This document shows, piece after piece, positions 1 through 15,359 of a DNA stretch of 64,000 nt; the first letter of the stretch is position 1; each line of letters begins with the position of its first letter. Source of the DNA: Eledone cirrhosa (lineage: Eukaryota); NCBI GenBank assembly GCA_964016885.1, contig OZ024742.1, positions 55,304,001-55,368,000 of the forward strand, read 5' to 3'. The translations under genes and the position numbers were made by a program. The notes under the pieces are model-generated. The model saw only the letters and a program-made list of their open reading frames with translations, had not been told where the DNA came from and ran no database searches.

Positions 1-56
1 TAAAATTTCAAATCTCGGCGGTCAGGAATGCACGTCCGTACCAACAAGCTGCAAAG

Positions 57-100
<44 letters not shown>

Positions 101-505
101 ATTTTTTCCGTAGGAAATGTAGAAGAGATTTTATTCAGTGAAAAATTAATTTACGAATTAATTTTAATAAAAATTAATTTTCACATACATGTTCATTCAG
201 AGAAGAGAGTAAATTTCTAGCAGAGACGGATGGGCAGAAACGGTTGAGACTCGGATGATCAAACAACTAGAGTTCATGAGTTTGGTATAATGCGAATGGA
301 AGATTTGTGTTTTATTACTAATGGTTTCTAACGAGAGTTCTGTGTCTAGTACATTTTATCTATGTTTGGGGTGTTTAGTTGGGTAGTCTATGATAAATGT
401 AACACTCAGGTGGATGGAGTTAGCTGATTGCTGGATGCTTGTCATGGTTTTCCTCACTAATTACTTAACGTTCTCCTGTAGGGTTGATTTCACTATTCCA
501 TCGAC

Positions 506-634
<129 letters not shown>

Positions 635-639
635 TATAT

Positions 640-868
640 AGATATATTAGAAAATGAGGGTTATTTTACAAAAGGAAAAAAAAACTTGATGTCTTACACG
701 AGTGAAAGTATAAGGACAAAAGGGTTTGTGGTTTTTCGAGAAAACCCACAAAACCTCCATCTCAATTCTACTTTTGAAAAGCACAAGAACTGCGAAACCG
801 GTAAAGGAACCAAATAAATATTCTTAAAACGACCCCAGTTGCATTTTCGATTTCATCTTTTTTTCCTA
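640..868. repeat. Dispersed repeat flanked by (TA)n/(GA)n; related reverse-complement copy at about 38378-38495
   Basis: catctcaattctacttttgaaaagca...ccagttgcattttcgatttcatcttttttt matches the reverse complement of 38378-38495. Confidence 0.7.
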
Positions 869-1559
869 TATATATATATCACAATAATTAAGTAAATTAA
901 CTAAGTTATTTAGGTTTCAAATATGTCTCTTCTATACTCTAATATTGACTCGCTTCTGATTTTACTGATACCATAACTCTCATCTCTTTCTCTTCCTAAA
1001 TTATCTGCACCAGCAATCATTTTTAAGTAAATCCTGTAATGTCACAGAGATATAGTATACTTGCTTTGGAGCAGCCAATTCTAAATAAAGTAAAGTAGAG
1101 CAAAATAAAATTAAAGTTTCAAATGATTCTACAGCGAGATATCATGCATCGCCGCCTAAAATACGCTTTTATGTTAACTCTTCAGTTGAGAATTAAGATT
1201 TTGCTTGCCAGCCGTTCTTTGCAGGTAACAATCTGATACGTTCTGAACTGGGAAATCAATTGATCCTATCATCGTTCACAAGAAAGGAAAGAGCACTACA
1301 AATCGAAGTAGTCGGTGAATTTGTACACATATATAAATATATAGATATATAGACACAATAAAATACAGACACAATTATATATAAAAGGCAGACAACTTAA
1401 AAAGAAAGTATATGGAAGGTTCATAGAGAAGAATAAATGCTATTAGCTTAGCACTTGAATTGAATAATGAGTATGTGATATTTCTTAGAGAAATATGACA
1501 GTAAGGAATACGATAAATACTTTCTTCTTTGCACACTTACTTCCGGTGTGTGTATGGGA

Positions 1560-2290
1560 GCAGATTTCTCGAGCACACTCTCCAGCGGTTCCTGTTAGAT
1601 ACAACCCTCTCCAATTGATGTGGCTGGATTACCAACCGAGATCAGCCAAGCCCATTGATATTATTCAATCATGTTGATAGGTGTCTACTCCTTGAACTCC
1701 TGCCAGTTGGTTTTGCACGTAACAGATTGTTTTCTGAGGCATTATAACCACATATTTGCAGAATCGGAACTGCGATCTCTCAATTCAGATTGAGCTGCTA
1801 TCGCGGTGAGATTGCAGCTCAATCTGAAGCGACACTCTAATTTATGCATTCTAATGTGTAACGTTACTCCAAATACTCTTTGCAGGATCCCAATTTCCGT
1901 AACTTGTATTTGTGATCGTTTTATTTCGGTCATTACAACCCAGGATCCATGTCCATAGATAGTGGTTGGCACGAACACCAAATTGAAGATAGTGAGTTTG
2001 GCTTTTAGATATACCTCCTTCCTGATGACCGCATACTGAAGCTGACACATTACTGGACCATTTCGTACAATTCTTGCACTTAATTCAGCCTCCTGCCTTC
2101 CATCACTCGAGAACACGTCCCAGATATACCTGGGCCTCTTTGCCTTTTACAGTGGAACTCCAATCACACGTAGAGTGCAAAACACTTGCTTCATTTATAG
2201 GAGGAGCGTCAATCATTATAGCAAGGATTTTCACTCCTGCTTTGCACGATGCGGCAGCACACCTATCATGTATGTCGGGGATCACCTTCT
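1560..2290 (-). mobile_element. Decayed RTE-clade LINE (Rex3/Expander-like), C-terminal part of ORF
   Basis: Frameshifted peptides YLGRV/FSSDGRQEAELSARI and KAKLTIFNLVFVPTTIYGHGSWVVMTEIKRSQIQVTEIGILQRVFG resemble the RTE post-RT region. Confidence 0.7.
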
Positions 2291-2886
2291 AACAAATTAG
2301 ATATTAACATGACCTTTACAAATTCCAGCCGATTGATCCTACATTTGCCGGTCCTGATACCACTGAAAATAAAATAATAAAAAAAAATGTATAAATCAAT
2401 TACAAATAATTATTTTTTCATAGCTCTTTTAAAATCCAGATTAAATCTCTTGCTACACAAACTTATGTCGAATTCCCATTGCCACCACATTTTTTTCCCA
2501 CTCCATTGCCTCAGGATTGCCAACATCACCATTCATATAGTATCGAATATATCTGCCAGCACCTGAAAAGTCATCATCTCTTCGATGGAAGGTATGCCAA
2601 AATCAAAGCGGTCTTTACGTTTAAACACGTGTCTGCGAACAACGAATTGGTTAACTGTTACATAATGAAGTTTCGATGCCTTTAAAATGTACATAACTGT
2701 AATCTAGTAAACCGAATTTGAATAGGCGAAACTGATTCTCCTCAATATTGACACTCCGACTAATAACATATACATGACATGTGATATCCATGACGAAGAA
2801 AACTTCCTTTCGGTTACACCATAATTGGCCGATCAATTTAATCAAAAAACAGTAATTATTGAAAAAATATATATATATACTTATAT

Positions 2887-3048
<162 letters not shown>

Positions 3049-3155
3049 ATAATAATAAAATTGAAGACTAAAATCCAAAGAGGGCTCGATAAGGAAAATA
3101 TATATCAAATATATAAGAACCGTAGAGCAAATATTTATTAAAATAACAGATTAAA

Positions 3156-3204
3156 GTTTAATCAAAGAATCGCTGCTTTCACCCTTAACGGGATCTTCTG
3201 AAAC
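3156..3204 (-). ncRNA. Type I hammerhead-like motif, CAGAAGA core variant (family A, 3' pLTR)
   Basis: Minus strand GTTT-CAGAAGA-tCCCgttaaGGGt-GAAA-stem III-TT-AAAC; stem III has one mismatch in this copy. Confidence 0.65.
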
Positions 3205-3817
3205 TAACAAAGTCAATCTGTAAACGCAGAACTGGATATTTCAAAAAACATTGCAACCGGAGGAAGACAGGAAGACGATACTTTGGTTCGTGGTAACGTT
3301 CGCTGGCAAAGAACGGGAAAAAACGAATAATACGTCATTAATAGGAGCGGTGAAAAACAATTACGCGCAAAGACAAAACCACGTTTATGGTATGAAAGAG
3401 GTCGTAGACTAATGTTCTCTTAGGTGGTGCATAGAGACGTTCTCTGGCAATGAACGAAAAAACGAAGATAATAAGTCATATGTGGAGCGTGGAGAACAAT
3501 AGCACGCAAAGACAAAACCACGTAAATGGTATAGCAGAAATCGTAGTCTAAAATTCTAACTAGGAGACCAAATGAATCTCCGCTACAGAGTTAAGAACAA
3601 AGTAAATAAATACAATACAGAAGTAATAGAAACAAATAAATACATACACGCAAACAGATACGTACATACACAAGCATACGCAAAACCTTACCATGGGTAT
3701 ACAAAACCACGCACATATAAATATGTGTGTGTATGTATGCTTGTGTACAAATAAATAAATAATTATATAAACGTATATAAGTAAATAAATACGTATATAA
3801 CAAGCGCACACGCATAC

Positions 3818-5664
3818 CTACATATAAATACACGAATGTTCGGAGATGAATCTATTGGCGGTTAACCCTATGTAGGCCCTACGGGACGTGGGTGTTACAA
3901 CCTTACATTTGTAGACAATGTTACTAGAGAGGCATTTCCCGTATAGGGGGCAATCAGCCCGATTCCTACAATTACAGTTAGTACTAACTACAGGGTTGCA
4001 CGTGTTCCTACGACTAGGTAGTTTAGCTAAATTTGAAGCTGTGATGTTATGTGCAAGGTTAGGAGTTGTAGAGTAAGAAATTTTAATAGTATTTCTATTA
4101 AAAATTTTACTATATTTATGTGTAGGGGGAAAATGCTTCGTAATAAGGGAAAGAAAGATCTTAGCTAATGGTGTGGCCACCTCCATATTATATGGTGGGT
4201 TAAACCAACAAATGCGACGGGATCTATTTCTTCTAGGTCTATTTTCGTACTCTGTATATGCTACCTTATCGACAAATCCACTTCGAGCAAGAGCTTCATT
4301 GTAATAAGTGGAATAGTCGTTGAAAATGCGCTCGTTGGTGGAAAGACGTGAAAGCCTCAACGAAACGTTTCTTACCAGGTTCTTGGTTATGCTAGCAGGC
4401 TGGTTGGAATGCTTACTTATGTAATTAAGCGTATCATTCGGCTTTCTATACGGGTAATACAACCCATTCAATAAATTGAGGGTAATGTCGAGGTAATTAA
4501 CGACCGAGAGATTGGCCTCAACCTGTATAGAGAGGTTGAAACCTTTAAAGAAGGCTGTGAGTTCTTTTCTGAACCTGTCGCAAGCACGAGGTCCGCACTT
4601 GGTCATGGTCAAAAGACCATCGTCACGGTACAAACCACCGCCCGCGTTGGGGAATTCGTCCTTGATAGAGAAAAGAAGGAAAAGGCCAATAAGATCAGTA
4701 ACCTCCGCAGAGTCACTGGCGCCCATACTCACGTCGAATGGGGTACTATTGGATTTTTTAATCCAAATAGAGTCGTCGAAATTAATCACCGACTTTCGGG
4801 CATTAAGGATGACATCAACTTCAAAATCCTTAACCACTGTGAGTGTTTTAGCGAAATTGATAGCTCTAAGGAGAAGTGGTAAAGTGATGGAGGAGTAGTA
4901 ATTGTTGATGTCGAATTGGATAAAACGGCAATGTTCCTTGTTACATATGCCGTTGAACCAATCAATCACCGCGAAAGAATTGTTCCACAGTGCGAGAGGG
5001 ACCAAACTTCTAATTTCAGATATAATTCTATCGAGAATCGTTTTACTAAGTCTACCTAAATCGGACTTCGTAGGGTTAATAAGCCGAATAGAGGGGTTGT
5101 TCGGAAAATTGGATTTGTGATCCTTCAGGGTAAAGTGGGGAGAGATACGGTCCAGAGGTTCGGTTCGGTCCAGGATGTTGAGATCAGATGTGATTTTAAA
5201 CCCAGCATCGTTGATTTCATTCATGACGCACCGATTAGTTTTACGGTAATCCTTAGTTACAACATTATGTAGTAGTTGATGGTAAGTACTGCGCTCCACT
5301 TGATATAGGTTGCCAGTTTTGTCGGATGGACGTGCACGGCGTTAGAATCCTTAATAGAACGAATTCTATTCTTCAGGTCTTGCTGGACGGAATTGCTCCT
5401 ATTCCGAAATTTGATATTCCGAATGAGTTCCAAGACATCATTTTTGAAGGGTAGCAATGCTGGGTTCCACGGAGGGTTATTATAAGTTTTAAATCCAAAT
5501 TTATCCTGTTTGTTGTCTGCTTTTCGCGGATTATCGAAATAAAAGGCACGCCAACGCAACCTTTTAATGAACGCGTCTGTTTTCTGTATCAGGAGTTTTA
5601 GGTATGTTTTCCTGCTTGGTACGGGTATGTTCTTTGTAGAAATATTCAGATGTTGTTTCTGCAT
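3818..5664 (-). pseudogene. PLE RT + GIY-YIG polyprotein, one frameshift (about 5330) and endonuclease C-half deleted
   Basis: ORFs 5257-5664 and 3818-5299: KNIP..RWRAF N-terminus, IQFDI, MGASDSAEVTDL, GLYRDD, CNCRNRADCPL, IVY..YIG. Confidence 0.92.
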
Positions 5665-5818
5665 GATGAATATAAGTCAGTAGAGTGCTCAACCGAAGGA
5701 GCCAAATAGTAATAATAATAAAATTGAAGACTAAAATCAAAAGCGGGCTCGATAAGGAAAATATATATCAAATATATAAGAACCGTAGAGCAAATATTTA
5801 TTAAAATAATAGATTAAA

Positions 5819-5867
5819 GTTTAAGCAAAGAATCGCTGCTCTCACCCTTAACGGGATCTTCTGAAAC
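5819..5867 (-). ncRNA. Type I hammerhead-like motif (family A, 5' pLTR; GAAA mutated to GAGA)
   Basis: Same fold as 3156-3204, with stem III GCA/TGC. Confidence 0.55.
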
Positions 5868-6181
5868 TAACAAAGTCAATCTGTAAACGCAGAACTGGAT
5901 ATTTCAAAAAACATTGCAACCGGAGGAAGACAGGAAGACGATACTTTGGTTCGTGGTAACGTTCGCTGGCAAAGAACGGGAAAAAACGAATAATACGTCA
6001 TTAAAAGGAGCGGTGAAAAACAATTACGCGCAAAGACGCTCCTATTAATGACGTATTATTCGTTTTTTCCCGTTCTTTGCCAGCGAACGTTACCACGAAC
6101 CAAAGAATCGTCTTCCTGTCTTCCTCCGGTTGCAATGTTTTTTGAAATATCCAGTTCTGCGTTTACAGATTGACTTTGTTA

Positions 6182-6230
6182 GTTTCAGAAGATCGCGTTA
6201 AGGGTGAAAGCAGCGATTCTTTGCTTAAAC
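6182..6230 (+). ncRNA. Type I hammerhead-like motif (family A, inverted pLTR)
   Basis: GTTT CAGAAGA tcgcgttaagggt GAAA GCA gcgattctt TGC TT AAAC. Confidence 0.6.
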
Positions 6231-6247
6231 TTTAATCTGTTATTTTA

Positions 6248-6296
<49 letters not shown>

Positions 6297-7720
6297 AATA
6301 TGGTCTTACCATACACACCTGTTTGTATGTGTCAACATATCTATATGTACATAGGTATATATGCACATATGAGTTATTGTTTCAAACGCTATAAACAGTT
6401 CAATTTCCAAGATAATTGTTATAGTCATCATGAAATCCAATAGCAGGAACAATATTGGTTTTGAAATTATTATATTCGAAAAAAATCATAAATGTGATTA
6501 AATTGTTTGAATGAAAGTTTCATCTTATTCTTATCGATTTGAAATTTTCTAACACACATTCAGGAACTTCAAACTCTAAATCTAGTTTTATATGCAGTTG
6601 TAATTAATGGCAGCGGAAAACGAGAATATTTATAATATCTAGTGTTTATAGTAACTATCTTCAGATAGGCATAAGAATGTATACAATAATTTTATGTCTA
6701 AATATTTTGATATATAATCGAAATCATATTCACAATGTCTGAAATGCATGCTACATTACTTATTTTTTCGAATGATTAATAACAAACATTACATTTATTT
6801 ATTTAATACCTTATATCTTAATTCCTTTTTCTATCCTATGTAATGAAATAATCAAGGAAAAAGAACATAATAGAGCAGTGACCCCATTATCAAACCTCAT
6901 GGTGAGACATTTATTCCAATATAAACCCGTTCTTCCGCATTTCAGAGGTACAACACTTTACTGGCCTACCTGTAAGCGATCTACAATGAAACAACCCAAC
7001 TAACTAATATGCAAATATCAGTACAGACAAGAATTCCTGATAGGTCTCAGATAAACCTTAGCTAGTTTTATTTATGTTAACCAACATTTTCATGAAAAAA
7101 AGAACTCTCGGTTTGAATTTTTTTCTATTCTGTCTATTCTACTTGATAAACCTTCAATCAAAATTATTTTATTTCCCATTAATTGAGATCAGTATTCCAT
7201 GCCGACCAAATACATACAGAATCAGAAATATCCGCATAGAATATAGTATAATACTAATTGAGATAATAAATCTTGTCGAAAACATTACGGTAAATGTTGT
7301 AAGATGTTGTATACCACAACTAAAATTATGTGCATATGTATATATATAATAAAATACAAAGATTTATATATACATAAAGTCATAGATATATATGTTGCAA
7401 CCGGTCACGTTGTGGCTCAATGAAGAATTAATAATTAAATAATCAGAGCAATATATCATAAATCATGTCCTTAGAATTATTAGATAAAATATATACCATT
7501 TCCTCTCCCCATTAGCATAATTAACCATATAAAAAATCAATTAGACCAGGCTATAAGAAATTTCCGACAAATAACCGAAAGCGGCCTCTTCGCGGTGGCC
7601 CCAATAGAGTATTTATCCAACATTTCAACAGCATGTAGAAACTGACTAAATTTACCGTCAACCATACACAATTAGGTGTAAATTCAAACTTAGAAGAAAT
7701 GTGTACATTGCGTAATTATA

Positions 7721-7795
7721 TCTCTACCATGGTTTCGTCCGTATTTTTAGACATTCAATTATCAGGGTATCCAGAGTAACAGACTCATCAGGAGA
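7721..7795 (-). ncRNA. Type I hammerhead ribozyme, canonical core, 48-nt stem II domain
   Basis: TCTC-CTGATGA-GTCTGT...ACGGAC-GAAA-CCATGG-TA-GAGA. Confidence 0.9.
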
Positions 7796-8355
7796 AAACT
7801 CAAAGTTAGACATTTAATTTCCAAAGTGATCGCGCCAAAAATAGATTAAAAAATGGCTAAGAATCGTAACGTGGCAGTAGTCAAGTTAGAAAGAATGTGA
7901 TTAGTTGCTTACGGCGGTTAGGCTTGTTGCTAGAAAGCGCAGCACGAAATCGCCCAATTGTATCTCAACCTAACGGGAGATTATTAAATATAAAGATTTA
8001 CATATACATAAAGTCATAGATATATATGTTGCAACCGGTCACGTTGTGGCTCAATGAAGAATTAATAAATTAAATAATCAGAGCAATATATCATAAATCA
8101 TGTCCTTAGAATTATTAGATAAAATATATACCATTTCCTCTCCCCATTAGCATAATTAACCATATAAAAAATCAATTAGACCAGGCTATAAGAAATTTCC
8201 GACAAATAACCGAAAGCGGCCTCTTCGCGGTGGCCCCAATAGAGTATTTATCCAACATTTCAACAGCATGTAGAAACTGACTAAATTTACCGTCAACCAT
8301 ACACAATTAGGTGTAAATTCAAACTTAGAAGAAATGTGTACATTGCGTAATTATA

Positions 8356-8430
8356 TCTCTACCATGGTTTCGTCCGTATTTTTAGACATTCAATTATCAG
8401 GGTATCCAGAGTAACAGACTCATCAGGAGA
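8356..8430 (-). ncRNA. Type I hammerhead ribozyme (second tandem copy)
   Basis: Identical to 7721-7795, 635 bp away. Confidence 0.9.
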
Positions 8431-8915
8431 AAACTCAAAATTAGACATTTAATTTCCAAAGTGATCGCGCCAAAAATAGATTAAAAAATGGCTAAGAATC
8501 GTGACGTGGCAGTAGTCAAGTTAGAAAGAATGTGATTAGTTGCTTACGGCGGTTAGGCTTGTTGCTAGAAAGCGCAGCACGAAATCGCCCAATTGTATCT
8601 CAACCTAACGGGAGATTATTAAATATAAAGATTTACATATACATAAAGTCATAGATATATATGTTGCAACCGGTGACGTTGTGGCTCAATGAAGAATTAA
8701 TAAAGTAAATAATCAGAGCAATATATCATAAATCATGTCTTTAGAATTATTAGATCAAATATAGACCAATTCCTTTCTCGCAACAAGCCTACCCGCCGTA
8801 CTCAACTAATCACATTCTTTCTAACTTGACCACTGCCACGTCACGATTCTTAGCCATTTTTGAATCTATTTTTGGCGCGATCACTTTGGAAAATTAAATG
8901 TCTAATTTTGAGTTT

Positions 8916-8992
8916 TCTCCTAAGGTGTCTGTTACTCTGGATATATCCTGATAATTGGATGTCTAAAAATACGGACGAAACCATGGTAGAGA
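8916..8992 (+). ncRNA. Inactivated hammerhead in the inverted copy
   Basis: Core CTGATGA changed to CTAAGGT; stems retained. Confidence 0.7.
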
Positions 8993-9273
8993 TATAGTTA
9001 CGGTATGTACACATTTCTTCTAAGTTTGAATTTACACCTAATTGTGTATTGTTGACGGTATATTTAGTCAGTTTCTACATGCTGTTGAAATGTTGGATAA
9101 ATACTCTATTGGGGCCACCGCGAAGAGGCCGCTTTCGGTTATTTGTCGGAAATTTCTTCATAGGAGCCTTTATTCTTATAGCCTGGTCTAATTGATTTTT
9201 TATATGGTTAATTATGCTAATTGGGAGAGGAAATGGTATATATTTAATCTAATAATTCTAAGGACATGATTTA

Positions 9274-9385
<112 letters not shown>

Positions 9386-11295
9386 GTGTGTGTACGTGTG
9401 CGTTGTGTTTGTGTGTGTAAAAGGTAAACAGAAATAACAACTCAAACAGTACAGTATATGGAAGGAAATACCAGGAAGAGGGTCTTAAATTTGCGGACGC
9501 TAGTCCTTCATCAGAAGAAAGAATGAGAAATTAAACAGTATGAGGGGATGGACAGGGCGGAATCAGAAAAAAAATATTTTAGACAAAATGACCGGTCCAT
9601 TCATGTTACCATCTCTTTGACTACTGTTTATGCTGGCGTTTTGAGTAGGATATGTATAGACGGTCTTAAATACTAATTTTAGTATTTAAGGACAGAAAAA
9701 TATTTATGAACCAACTTTTCATACTTTGTTGCATATATACTCACTTTTAAGAAATTAGTACTGTTTTGATCAATCTAGCTGCCAAGAATGCTCTTTGATT
9801 GCAAAATTCAATGAGAGTTGCATAAATCCTTTGTAACATTGGTAGCATAAGTCAATACACCGCGTACAACATATTTCTCGGTTATTGATGAAATTGTTAC
9901 AAATGACAGGAAATACTCTTGATAAAGTCACATATGCTATAAAGTTGAAGAGTAAATAACTGTGAAAGATGACTTATTTTCTGGAATAAAAAGCGCAATT
10001 CGTTTATAATAATGAACCAAACAAATATAATTCGGATACCACAAGAATGACGTAGAGCATGTCAAACAATACTGGAATCGGTAATTATTGATCAGAAAAC
10101 AACAGGATACTTCAAATTATAATTTCCTATGAACATATTTTGAAACATTGGAAAACCTTATAGTATCTTTTGTTATTTTTTGTTTTGTGTATCCTGTTTT
10201 GGAGTTGGGGCATTTGTCACGAAGAGTTTGTTTCTAAAATGGCAGTTTTTATTAAAGTTCGTGCCTCAGGTGCGTTGCAATATAATGTTCCGTTTTTTCT
10301 ATTACTACAAAATATATATTTTGAGCTGTGTCACCCCCCCCCCCCCCCAAACACGAACACACATGTATTTTGCATAACTGTAACAATCTATGATTCAAAT
10401 ACTACAGTTCCAAAACATTACCCAAAATCCTAATACTACGGTTGCTTACTGGGTGCTAAGTAGTAAATATTTTCTACACTATCCTGTTCATGAAAGGTTA
10501 CAGATTGCATAAGCGGCACTACGCTTTTCTGTCACAATTGAATAAGTCTTGGTTCCAAAGAGAAATCAATATTAGAGTTATATCCATTAACATTTTCAAG
10601 AACCATCTTCGATAGTCCGCCGGTGGAAATAATGTTTGTTGCTATCTCTCATTATATGTATCATTATCCTTGTGCTATCTAAATACCAATTGCCGTGTGA
10701 ATGACTGGGTATAATATCTTAAATCGTTTCCATTAACATAAACCTTGTATCCATGCGAGTATCAATTCTGTTCCACCCTCTTTCAAAAACATCAAGTCAA
10801 ACTGAAAATTATTAGTTTTGAAGCAAACATAATGTGTTTGCTCGCGGGCGTGTGCGTCTGAGTGGGCTTATGCGAAAATTAATAATTGGTGTTTACGAAC
10901 CACAATAACAGCTCTAAATAGTTAGTTATTTACAGTTACATTAACACACTCGATGCCATATAACGTCTATATGCCTGTACAGTTGCATATGCGCATGTTT
11001 ATATATGTGTGCATACGAGTTTTAATAATTGGACAAAATCGCTGCCGTTTCGTATTTCCTGAAAGCTAGAAGCTTTGATTTGAAGAAAGTGATTACGTCT
11101 TATGCAATATAGTTTACATTACCTCCAGCAAACATAGTTTTCTCCGAATTAGTTCAATGCGAAGCGAATGCAATATAAATAATATTTTTTAACGATTGGG
11201 AGCTGAAATTGCGTATAAAGAATAAACATGAGACCTGCACCTAGATGTATATATTCCTTCATTAATTGATAAACATCTTTATATATATGTACAGG

Positions 11296-11331
<36 letters not shown>

Positions 11332-11468
11332 AGTTTTAATATAGATGAGATTCTACAGGACTAGAACTGTTTCATTCTTTAGAAATCATCTATATTAAAA
11401 CTTTTATACTCTGCAATGTATTGAGTACCTTACTTACTGTGGTTAACTCCGATTCAACCCGGAATAAC

Positions 11469-11582
<114 letters not shown>

Positions 11583-11663
11583 ACCTACCCACCACTCTCC
11601 TGAGCGTGAATTTAATAAACATTTATCGTACTGCCTCTCTGTTCTGTCCCTGTTCAATTTTTC

Positions 11664-11747
<84 letters not shown>

Positions 11748-11909
11748 TAGGTAAATATACACGGGTGTGTATGATTGTGTATAGAAGATTATATTAATAA
11801 GAGGAATTCCAACTTTGTCTGATTTACTCGTTTTATTTACAATCCTTTAAAATATATAATGGTATTATAATGAAATAGTATGATAGAATATTAAATTCTA
11901 AGTGTTAAT

Positions 11910-11948
11910 TGAACAAGTACGTTCATGCTTTCGCAATCTTCAGGTTCA
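11910..11948 (-). ncRNA. Minimal hammerhead, GAAA mutated to GAAC
   Basis: Reverse complement of 12032-12070 with one core change. Confidence 0.65.
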
Positions 11949-12031
11949 TAATATGTGGTGAAAGTCAAGTTTGCAATTTTCACCAATTTTCAACAGTTGA
12001 AAATTGCAAACTTGACTGTCACCACATATTA

Positions 12032-12070
12032 TGAACCTGAAGATTGCGAAAGCATGAAAGTACTTGTTCA
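12032..12070 (+). ncRNA. Minimal type I hammerhead ribozyme
   Basis: TGAAC-CTGAAGA-tTGCgaaaGCAt-GAAA-GTAC-TT-GTTCA. Confidence 0.85.
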
Positions 12071-12182
12071 ATTAACACTTAGAATTTAATATTCTATCAT
12101 ACTATTTCATTATAATACCATTATATATTTTAAAGGATTGTAAATAAAACGAGTAAATCAGACAAAGTTGGAATTCCTCTTA

Positions 12183-12220
<38 letters not shown>

Positions 12221-12223
<3 letters not shown>

Positions 12224-12691
12224 TAGCGAGGTTTTTTATATGAAATCGTGTGTCGAAACAAATATTGTTATACTTGGGGAGGGTCATATTTGTGTAATAT
12301 TGCCAGAATTAATAACAGAACACACTCACTGTTTGGTTGGTTTTCGCTTCTCGCTGTCTTTTATATCTGCGATCTAACTTAATCGGTCCTCAATGTTGCC
12401 ATTGACTGACCGACGGTCAAAAATAATACAGATACAATATAGACACAAACACATATATATAGTTTACATAATTTACATAAATCTTTCGTTGCACATCTGC
12501 AACATCGTCAGTGGTGTTATATTTTTTCCTCCTGTTGTGTTGTATGTCTACGCCATTTTTTATTCAGTCTGTTGAGGACCGATTAAGTTAGATCGCAGAA
12601 ATAAAAGACAGCGAGAAGCGAAAACCAACCAAACAGTGAGTGTGTTCTGTTATTAATTCTGGCAATATTACACAAATATAACCCTCCCCAA

Positions 12692-12695
<4 letters not shown>
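12221..12695. mobile_element. Fold-back insertion in (TA)n; same family as 31578-31910
   Basis: Arms about 12271-12393 and 12572-12694; shared tacttggggagggtcatat...agacacaaacacat sequence with 31578-31910. Confidence 0.75.
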
Positions 12696-12730
<35 letters not shown>

Positions 12731-12872
12731 CCTGTACATACATATAAAGATGTTTATCAATTACCACTTTTGCTTAATGAAAGAATATATACATGTATAC
12801 ATATATACATATGAATGTAAGTATGCACACATACACACACACACACATACACATAGACACACACACATATAT

Positions 12873-12905
<33 letters not shown>

Positions 12906-13224
12906 GGGCAGATTTCTACAGGAATGAGGCCCTCTACCAATTTCATGACATCCATTTTCCTTTCCCATCTGAATAAACTTAGGATAATTAACAAAGAGAA
13001 AACAAGGCATTAAACGAAAACAAAGCAAGACGAAAAAAAAAAATTAAATGAGAAAACTTAAATAATTTTTTGAAAATAAAAATAGAAACGAAAGACACGC
13101 AACTCTAGGTTCGTCGGTCGTTGAGATAAATTTTGGCAGTTTCGTCCTGTACCAAAGGTACTGCTGGCCACAGCGTCTGACACAAACCAAAACGCTGTCC
13201 ACGGAGCAAGAGACGAGAAAAAAT

Positions 13225-13360
13225 AATAATTGTCTCTATGTTTGGCACAGGGCCAGCAATTACCCAGTGCATTACTGGTACTTTATTTTATCGACCCCGT
13301 ATGGATGAAAGGCAAAGTTAACCTCGGCGGGATTTGAACTCAGAATGGCAAGGGACAATA
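13225..13360 (-). mobile_element. SINE fragment with Nin/Deu-like core domain
   Basis: Reverse complement ccgccgaggttaactttgcctttcatcc..ggggtcgataaaataaagtaccagtaatgcactggg, repeated many times in the window. Confidence 0.75.
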
Positions 13361-14264
13361 ATAATGTATAGCAGTTAAGCTAAAACATGTATATATATGA
13401 TGAGCACAAAACATGAAATATTGTCTTGTTCAAATCTCGGGGAGTTTGTGAGAATTTGAAAGCTTCGCAATGATGTTTCTGATCCACAGAGTTACACTGA
13501 CGATATTACATGTTACATTAAATTTCATGGGGAGATCCCGTCTTTCGCTATACATCGTGATACATCCCAGCATGCAAAGGAAGGGGATCATCTGAAAAAT
13601 GAGGTATGGATATAATGAAAATTTTAAACAACAAAAAAACGTAGTATTACACAAATGGAATAAGTGACACTTTCTCTTGACATCACAGTTGAGATGAAAT
13701 TGTAGAAACAAATATATTACTCTAATGCCAAAAAAGTTACATTTCCGTAATGTAATAAGTCCTTTCCTGACGAAAACTGGATTGAAACTGATAGAATTCG
13801 TGATGCTTTATCATTGGAGAATAAAATATAACTGACTAATCGAAACGTGTTGAAAACCAATCACGTCTTATTTATATTGAGGGATATAATTTGCAGTGTA
13901 ATAGAAAATAATTGACAATATTGAAAGCAAATTAAAAAATTAGGCCAATAATTCATGTTCATAAGAAATTGATCCTATCAAGAGGACCCACGAAACGTTA
14001 GTTGTTAACACATATATCCTAAACCATATGAATGAGCTAGAAATACTGAGAGGTGAGAATAGATATTCAGAATAAATGCCTGATTTTATAAACGATATCT
14101 TTTCATTTATATTAATGTTATATCTTTATATAACAATTTATAGATTTTCTAGAAAAGCTTATCTATTAATACATTGGTTTCTTGTTAGATTCCATTCCGT
14201 GCCTTGGGAAATCGAGCTGCAAATTTGATATATATTGTATATCAATATTTACACACACATCCCC

Positions 14265-15336
<1,072 letters not shown>

Positions 15337-15359
15337 CTCTTAGTACGGCTGTTACTTAA

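Larger units (their letters stand above)
11750..12190. mobile_element. Fold-back PLE terminal fragment (arms about 11790-11980 and 12002-12190) in TA/GA tract
   Basis: Near-perfect inverted arms of about 190 bp; single-arm copy at about 27613-27843; contains HHR. Confidence 0.85.

Noticed and set aside
165-205. HHR-like CTGAATGA-ACATgtATGT-GAAA-ATTAAT-TT on the minus strand
   Set aside because: Extra core base and no stem I pairing
4512-5120. Plus-strand ORFs opposite the family A RT, and similar antisense ORFs at 56600-58228
   Set aside because: Antisense shadows of the RT ORF with no independent motifs
9483-9520. CTGATGA-aGGACtagcGTCC on the minus strand, with a similar relic at about 54730-54765
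   Set aside because: GAAA box disrupted and stems III/I unclear; at most a decayed relic
12572-12655. TTGAGGA...GAAA as a C3U hammerhead in the 12.2/31.6 kb family
   Set aside because: Could not build consistent stems II and III in both copies
13462-13612. Possible host exon (LRNDVSDPQ...HLKNE followed by GTATGG)
   Set aside because: Weak acceptor, no recognisable domain, no partner exons; would need RNA-seq
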